The translations under genes were made by a program, and so were the position numbers. The notes below the pieces were generated by a model. It was not told where the DNA came from, made no database searches, and saw only the letters and a program-made list of their open reading frames with translations. A DNA stretch of 63,575 nucleotides, counting the filler. It is 16 parts of 16 records of this genome, joined end to end, with 100 filler letters (N's around TTAATTAATTAA, not from the genome) between each part and the next. Parts side by side here need not be neighbours in the genome. Positions count along the whole stretch, not along the records: positions 55,853 to 59,506 come from SRR15195285_12251; positions 59,607 to 63,575 come from SRR15195285_12262; 14 more parts are not named here. One strand, given 5' to 3'. Position 1 is the first letter of the stretch. Each line of letters starts with the position of its first letter. Below, piece after piece: positions 56,131 through 63,575 of the stretch.

Positions 56131-59100
56131 ATGGCGCCACTCCTGCCGGTGCTGCTTCTCAGCAGCGCGAGCTATTCGGCCGCCACCACAAAGCCAAACT
56201 TCGTCGTGCTCTTTGTCGACGTGAGCTGTGGCCTGGCAGGACATGATGAATCGCCTGCGACTCCGCGCGGCCAGCCTGCCTACTGCTGACACTGCTGCTG
56301 CTGGCTGCGCCCTGAGCCCTGGCTGCGAGCATGTGAGAGTCGCCTTGCAACCATCTGACTATCTCTGCTACCACAGGACATGGGCATCAACCAAATTGAA
56401 GTACCCGAGCAGCAGCGCTCCTACGGGTATACTGCGAACAATGGCACCATCAAGACGCCAAATATCAAGAGGCTAGCGAGTGAGGGTATGGTCTTTCAGA
56501 CCTGGTACAGTGCTTACCACTTGTGCAGCCCATCGCGGGCGGCGATGATGACAGGCAGGCTTCCGATTCGTTCCGGTTGTGCGACCGGTGTCTTCTGCGC
56601 GGAGGCGGTTGGAGGACTGCCGCAGAACGAGACGACGATGGCCACTGCGCTACGCAAGCACGGCTACCGCACGAAAGCGATCGGCAAGTGAGTCAGTGCT
56701 CACTGGCAAGGCGCCGCGCTGGCCGCGGCGACTCAACCCCTCCTTGCACAGCTGCCTGCAGACTAATTATATGCATCTCTGGATGCGGCTGTGGCTGTGG
56801 CTCCGGCTCCCTAATCGCTGCGGCTCAGATGGCACCTCGGGCAGCGGGAAATGTACCTCCCGACCAGCCACGGCTTCGATAGTTACCTCGGCATCCCGTT
56901 CAGCCAGGACATGGGACTGAGCTACTGGTTCTTTTGCAACGGCCCGCCAACCGCAGATGGCAAGCCCCCGGTCTGCGACCCGAAGCCAACGCCGCCTTTT
57001 CAGCCGACGCCGATTCCGCTGTTGTCAAACACGACGGTGATCAACCAGCCTGCCGGGTTGTATACATTGGCAGCACGATATGCCGCCGCGGCGACAGAGT
57101 TCATTGATAGCTGCGCCACTGCAGGCGACCCCTTTCTGCTGTACATGCGTACGTGCGCTCGTTTTCTTTGACCGCGATGGCGAATGTCGAGTTTACCCAG
57201 GCAGCATTAGGATTAGCGATCGGATCGAATCTCTCTTTGCACGCCATTCCTGGTTCGGTGCTGCCTGTAACGACGTGTGCCGCTGCGCCCTGCTATTCTG
57301 CTCTGATGTGTAGCATTCAACCACATCCACGCCCCGAACAGCTGTGGCGCTGGGTTCTGCGGCCGCAGTGCGCGTGGCCCGATCGGCGATGCGACGGAAG
57401 AGGTCGACTGGGAGATCGGTGAGATCATGGACTCTGTGCGCAAGCCATCGAATGGCATCAGCGAGAACACACTTGTACGTCTGGCGTCTCGCATACCCTC
57501 TATACTTTGTTCCGCCTCCAGGGTCTAGCTTGGTCTAGCTGTGCTGGGATCTGTCGGCCCACCCTGTCCTGCATATAATACAGGTGTTCTTCACTTCCGA
57601 TAACGGCGCTCCGATGCGACCTGATGGCAATCTCCCACTGAGAGGCTACAAGGCGTCAATTTGGGAAGGCGGCTACCGCGAGCCAGTGCGCATGCTATGC
57701 CTTCGGCGCAATTGCATAGCACTATACGTTGCTACGTTTGTCAACACAAGCTTAGGGCGTGCACACCGCATTCTGAAATTCATGGGGTGATCTGTCTGAA
57801 CGGGCTGCAGGGGATTGCGTGGATGCCTGGCAAGATCAAGGCGGGCAGCTCGTCGCCTGCGATCGTTGCGACGTACTTACCTACTCCGGCCACCATTCCT
57901 TCTATAGTAGATTCCAGTCGACTGAAAACTGGCGACCATCACGCAGTTTGAATCTCATGCGAACACTCGACGGGAGCAGGTATGATATCTTCCCTACGGT
58001 CCTCGTGCTCGCTGGTGCACCACTTCCGGATGTGAAATTGGACGGGATCGATCTTTCGAAGGTACTTTTGCACGGCCTGCCTTCGTTTGCACAACCGAAT
58101 CTCACCAGAGCACCAACACCGAATCGTCTTCAATGCATTTACGTGGTGGACAGGTGCTGTTCTCTGCGGCACCCGAGGGCGCTAGTCCAACAGCTGTGCA
58201 TGACTGCATCATGTTCTACAAGACCCCGGCGCCTGAGCATGGTGCCGAAGGGGCGGCGAAGCTCGACTCTCTAGCGGCAGTGCGGTGCGGCAACTATAAG
58301 ACGTACTGGCTCATCGACGGCGAGTCTACGACGCCGCTCCCTGCTGGCATGAAGACGGGTGTGCTGACGCTTGACACCCCTGTCATCTTCGATCTCAGCA
58401 AGGATTGGTGCGTACTCGTATTCAGCTGATAGTTTATCAGGGCGGTACTACACTACATCAGTAAGGCTCAGGCTCAGACAATCGTGACTTGGATGGTATG
58501 GATGGACAGGAGCGAGAGCGCACCGCTCGCAGCAGGCTCGGACGAGTGGAAAACAGCGAAGTCTGACGCGGACGCAGCACGCCTCGCACACCTCGCAACA
58601 CTGAGCCCCGTCGCGAACCAAATGGGACGCGGTGCCGACAGCGCCTACGCAATCTGCGCCGACCCAGACAGCAAGACGAAGCATCCAGACCTGCCAAACT
58701 GCACGATGACACCCGAAAACTGGTCTCCCCCGATTTGTCTCATCGGTGGCTCGAGAAGCAACTGCATCGGCCAGCCTAAGTGCGACGCAACCTGCAAGTT
58801 CATCAACTGCAGTGACGCCAAGGACCATCCTGAGACGTGGCGAGTAATGGAGAACACAAACGGGGCGAGTGGCCTGCTTCCCCACGGGCCCTTTACAAAC
58901 GGCCCAGGAGTCAAATTCCTCGGCAACTTTTCAACGCTCGACGGCTGCTGGGCCGCGTGCAACGCTTCGATGGCCACTGTAGCTGTCGCTACTGGCGGCG
59001 GCAGCGGCGGCGGTGGTGGTGGTAGCAGTAGAGAGGAGCCGTGTCGTGAATTTGTCTACAAGCCTTTCCGTGTGTCAAAGTGGGGCAAGCTCAGCGATTG

Positions 59101-59194
59101 TTATCAGGTCTCGGGCGAAGGGTTGGATCACTTCGTGACACAGAGCGGAGTGACGTCTGGTTTGCTGTCGTTCAGCGGCAGCAATGTGGTATAG
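56131..59194 (+). CDS. Secreted arylsulfatase A-like S1 sulfatase with C-terminal Cys-rich/PAN-like module, 9 exons
   Basis: KPNFVVLFVD-DMG, LCSPSRAAMMTGR, GK-WHLG, PTSHGFDSYLGIP, FNHIHAP, FTSDNG, KASIWEGGYREP, YDIFPT; eight GT-AG introns restore the frame. Confidence 0.93.
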
Positions 59195-59476
59195 GTGGCA
59201 CAGGAACAGCTGCCAGTGTGGTACTGTACTGAGTGTGGCTACATGTTGAGACGTGGTGCCGCCACAACCAATCAACCCTCAGAGGGGTCCCACCCTCCAC
59301 GCCCACAGACACCAATGTGGACAAAATGATGCCATTGCTACCCCTTTTTGTCCTTCATGTCCCGCCACGGCAACCTCTCCGCCCTTGCACTTCCACTATT
59401 CCAATCCCAATTCATTTCTCCACCAAAATGCACAAGGGGCGGATTCGCGAGATTACCGTAGCGTATACCCATAGAC

Positions 59477-59506
59477 TGACAACGGGCATAAGGCCCTTAT
59501 GCCCGT
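59477..59506. repeat. Palindromic repeat cut by contig end (GGGCATA-core family)
   Basis: TGACAACGGGCATAAGG-C-CCTTATGCCCGT. Confidence 0.93.
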
Positions 59507-59803
59507 NNNNNNNNNNNNNNNNNNNNNNNNNNNNNNNNNNNNNNNNNNNNTTAATTAATTAANNNNNNNNNNNNNNNNNNNNNNNNNNNNNNNNNNNNNN
59601 NNNNNNGCAAGTCTGCAAACGATGAATTCAGGCTGGTCAGGAGTTCACTACTCTGATTTGACAAATGGGGGTGGGCCACGTGCCGCGGGACCCTGCGTGG
59701 CCCACGTGCCGCGGCCCTGGGATCGACAGTTGCCGGGGCAAGCCGCGGCCGTTTACGCTACGTTGCCGCGGGGGGGCGACGACCGGGAGGGTTGGAGAGC
59801 GAG

Positions 59804-61500
59804 ATGGAGACAACGGCGAACCCACTGACGTCAGAGGCACAGACGCGAGCAGTCGGCGATGAGCCACAGCAGCCGCTGCTTGAGGTGGAGTTCACGCCGT
59901 CGCAGGTCGAAGCGCTACGTGCAGCGTTTGGGAAGGACGCAGTGTGGCACGCATCGACCAGCAAACAGCAGCCCGACGAGAGCACCGAGGACGCGATCGC
60001 TCGGCTGAAGGAGACCCCATGCAATTGGCACCAGGCCACGGTGTTCGCGTGCTCGACAGAAGATCCGCTCGACAAGGACCTGCGGAAGCGAGCCCCCACC
60101 ATGCTTTGCTTCAGCGCTTTCTTTGTGCTGCTGCAGCTCTTGACCGTCATTTCGGTGCTAGTGGACACTATCTGGCCGCCGTGCGACAGCAACAACGACC
60201 AGTGCCTGTACCCTGGCACGTTTTGCGAGCCGAGAGGACTTGGCTATTCGCGCTGTGCCTATTGCGGTAACTACTCGCCGATCAAGTACCAGTACGACTC
60301 AGAGACTGATCTGATTTATAACCAGATGATGATAGACGGTTGGGTGAGCGAAGAGAGGTTCGGAGGATTCAATATGACAACCGTCGAAGCGACCTGCAGA
60401 GACCCGCGCCTCTCCGCTTCAATTTTTCCTTGGGTGCACGCAGCAACGTGCTACGATGATGACGACCTCCCTGAATTTAAGCAGGTCGTCTGTCCTGGAG
60501 CGTCGGAGCTGGGCGAGCCCTCGCCACGATACGAAGAGTACGTCCACGCGTTTTGCAACGGCTGTGTGCGCCCCGCAGTAGTGGGCGAGCCGCCGCGGGT
60601 GCAGGAGTACACAGGCAACGTTCTCGCGCAGTCCAACATCAGAAGGATGAGTCCAGCGGACTGGGCTGCCTACTTGTTTTGCTCCGGGCTGATCGCGTTG
60701 GCTGTGGTCGAAGAGCTAAAGGATATCAACCTTTGCGCGTTCTCCATCTCGGAAGCGCAGGAGAAAATCAGCCCGGTTGCACGAGCGTGGCTGCAGGGAC
60801 TGAACATTGTTAGACGATGGTCTTTCTTGCCGTCGCTCTCGATGGTTATCGTTGCCTTGGTGGCCAATCAAGGGGGGTCAGCGCTCAACATCTGCTTCAA
60901 TTCTGTCGCAATGTTATTCTCCTGCGAGATCGACAACGTCGCATACCGTGTCGGACTACCGGAGGCCATCAGGTCTCGAGTCGAAGTGGCAGGCCGTTTC
61001 AAGCTGACTGCGTCTCACTCTGCCTTCCTCTGGCGGAGCAAGATCGTTCATCTGTCTCTTCTGCCTGTGGTGATCATTATTACTACGATAGCTTTTCTCT
61101 GGAGTGGCATGACTGCCCTCGGATACATCTATGCACTCTTTTTAGTGGCTGGCGTCATTGAAGAGTTGGACTACGAGTGGGGCTCTCGATTGCAATTCGA
61201 ACGAGAAGAGCAGCAAAATCAGCAACCAAAACGCACCGTCGCCACTACTGTTGCCCAGCTAGGACGTGTGATGCTTTGCTTCCTTCTAGGGTTGATGGCA
61301 TGGTGCGTCAGATCAAACAGCACCATTCCACGCGATGCTCCCTTGCTGCCTTCTACGAACGTGGCACGCAGCCGCCTGCAACTAATCTAGCGCGCATATG
61401 TGTCCGTGCGCGCGAATGCGATAGTGGTGCTGTGGCAGGCCCAATCCTAATGATCCCCGTTTTCAAGCGTGACGAGTTCCACCTGAACAACTTGTGGTGA
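59804..61500 (+). CDS. Hypothetical multi-pass membrane protein with Cys-rich extracellular loop
   Basis: About 520 aa; several hydrophobic helices; GGSALNICFNSVAMLFSCEIDN; one inferred 3' intron (about 61303-61424). Confidence 0.7.
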
Positions 61501-62264
61501 CGCACCTTGCTCGCGGGCCAGCTAGTCAAGTTGATCCACGTGTATGTTGCAATGTAGTGCATATGCTGTCCAAGTTGTATACAAAATACCGTGGTGTGAT
61601 GCCATCGCGTTGCACCCGAGGCTGCGATCGCAGCAGAAAAGCCCAGTGCCACCATACATAACCTCAGTTTCCGTCGTGGCGTCGCCGTCGCACCTGTTTA
61701 GCCGCCTGCGCAGCTACTACCTCAGTTAACTTATCTAGCAGCACCGGGAGGGCCCGCGCGGGGAATAGTCATCGAGAGAGATGGACGGTGGGTTGTCCCC
61801 CAGCCGTCTGTCGGGAGGGGAGGAGGGAGAGGTGAAGAACCCACAAAGCAGTTAGAGGGCCGCCACTAGCCAGAGAGTGCCGCGGAGGGGTGCCTGGCGC
61901 TACCCTAGCAAACAAAGCGTGGCGCTAGCGGACCAAGAGAACAAGCTAAGCAAGCTCGATGCGTCTATGCGAACTGTCCTTGCACTATGCCAGTCGATCA
62001 ACACACGCCTCCCATTGGCGTCTGGCGAGAGCTGAGCCGATGAAGACCTGTGTTTCAGCCATCCAGCCACCCAGCAGCTGCTGTTGTGAGCTCTTGTATT
62101 TTAGCGACCCAGCCACCCAGCTGCACGCTGATCTAGGGGCAACGCTACTGCATACTAGGGACGCGTGGTGAAGTGTTTGGATATTTAATGGCATTCTTGA
62201 CGCCCACGTGCGCCAGCCTCAGAAAATGGCACACATCCAACCACTCTCTGGACTCTCTCACACG

Positions 62265-63241
62265 TCAGGCCTCGACGCCGCTGCAAAAGGACTTGAAGTC
62301 GCTAGGCGTGCAACCTGCGGCCTGCAAAGCCAGCTGGTGGCTACCGGCGCAGAACTCGCACGCCGCAAGCCCCTGCGGTTGTATACATGGCGTGGTCGTT
62401 CACCCAGCCGGCCGGTCAGTCGTTTGGTTCGTGCTTCAGGCGCTCCTACATATAGGGAAATGGGGCAAAGCGCAAAGGGGCGGAAGAGGGGCAAGTGTGC
62501 GTGCAACTTCTAGACTAAACATGAGATCGCTGGAGGTGTCATAGTTACCCCCTTGGTCTTGTCGCTTTCGCAGAGCTTGTACAGCACAGGTAGGCAACCG
62601 GTAAGCGGCCCGCACGTCTGTGCGCAGGTCTTGTTGTCGAGGCCCGGCAGCCCTGGCGCGGACGCCTGGCACTTGTTGTCAATGCAGCGGAAGGGTATCG
62701 CGGGCGGAGGGGGCGGGCCGAGTCCCGCCCAGGTGGCGGTGTACGAACACTCGTTCGACGTGACCTGGCCCGGCGTGGCGGCCGAGCCCGGAGTCATCGT
62801 CAGCACGAACGTGTTCTTGCAGCCGTACGTGTACGTGTACGTCACAAGGACCCCGCCACCGGCCGTCCGGACGCCGGTCATGCCACACTCCCCCTGGCTA
62901 CACGGCCCGATGGAGCCGATCTCAATGCAGTCCGCTGGGTTGTCATCCTTGTACTTCACCACCGATGGGTGCTCCGCGTACTGCTGACAACCGGACGGCA
63001 GCGATGTTTTCGGGATCTCGTCGCACATGCTAATCGAGTAGCCGTATCCCTCGGCGTCCGCCGGCGCCTTGAAGACCTTGCCCCTGAACTTTGAGAGGTC
63101 AACGCCAGCGCAGCTGCAGTTCACGAGGTCACAGGCGCCACCGGAGTTGCCGTAGCTGCTTGAGTGCTGCGCGTCGCCCGGCGGCATCTCCGGCAGCGCC
63201 GCCGCGGCCGCGGCGCCAAGCGCGACGAGTGCGCGGTGCAT
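62265..63241 (-). CDS. Secreted protein with MRH (mannose-6-phosphate-receptor homology)-like domain and Cys-rich tail
   Basis: Signal peptide; VDLSKF...YGYSISMC...CIEIG...GVLVTY...C...CSYTATW; one intron, last exon GLAACEFCAGSHQLALQAAGC...FC. Confidence 0.72.
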
Positions 63242-63575
63242 CTCGCTCTCGTGGGGGGTGGGGGTTAGCAGCGCGAGGAATCGAAGGAGGCACCGAGTGC
63301 AGGCAGGCAGCTTGGTCCGTCAGTACAGTCTACAGTGCGCGAACCCCAGACTTGCAGCTGCTAGCAGGAGGCGAGTCGTGGCCACGCACTCGACCATGCG
63401 ATAGTACATGTCGGTACGTATATATATACACGGTGCTGCGCGCGCGCCGGTGCATGTGCTCGGCGGCTGGTCGTCGCGGTGCGATGCATCGTGCATGCAC
63501 TTCAAATGTTGTGTTGTGGTCGTCAAAAACATCTACTGTAGCATTGCCATATTGTAAGAATTGCCTTCCGCGCCC

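Noticed and set aside
1-63575. Whole window as an ion-channel or glycan-degradation gene cluster
   Set aside because: The genes sit on 16 unlinked contigs, and order across spacers carries no information.
1-63575. Alternative genetic code or selenocysteine readthrough
   Set aside because: TAA, TAG and TGA all end genes, and I found no in-frame stop inside a conserved exon.

Overview
This is not one locus. It is 16 short (about 3-5.5 kb) unrelated contigs joined by an artificial 100-nt spacer (N44-TTAATTAATTAA-N44), so gene adjacency only has meaning within a contig. The DNA is eukaryotic: GC-rich, many short GT-AG introns, a tRNA-Val(AAC) with a Pol III T-tract, and the standard code. Gene content suggests a flagellated heterotrophic, probably marine, protist (ARMC2, Sfi1-like repeats, three sulfatases, GH28, GH27, DUF6067, PhoD, two PhyH dioxygenases); the lineage cannot be fixed from this window. 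Four ion-channel families appear, all atypical. The best candidate for an undescribed system is the contig at 33888-37298: one uninterrupted reading frame joins the last repeat of a Cav/Nav-type channel (charge-poor S4, EF-hand/IQ tail), an extra helix, a complete cAMP-receptor/GCR1-like 7TM GPCR domain and a further multi-TM module. Also notable: a secreted tandem glutaredoxin-like plus DUF2237 fusion, a pentameric channel with a PAR-like motif and a GLIC-like His11', an EF-hand CNBD channel without GYG, a circularly permuted discoidin domain inside DUF6067, a family of short perfect palindromes, and two contigs bounded by exact 30-bp inverted repeats that look like assembly or amplification artefacts. 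All domain calls come from motif recognition by eye; no searches were run.
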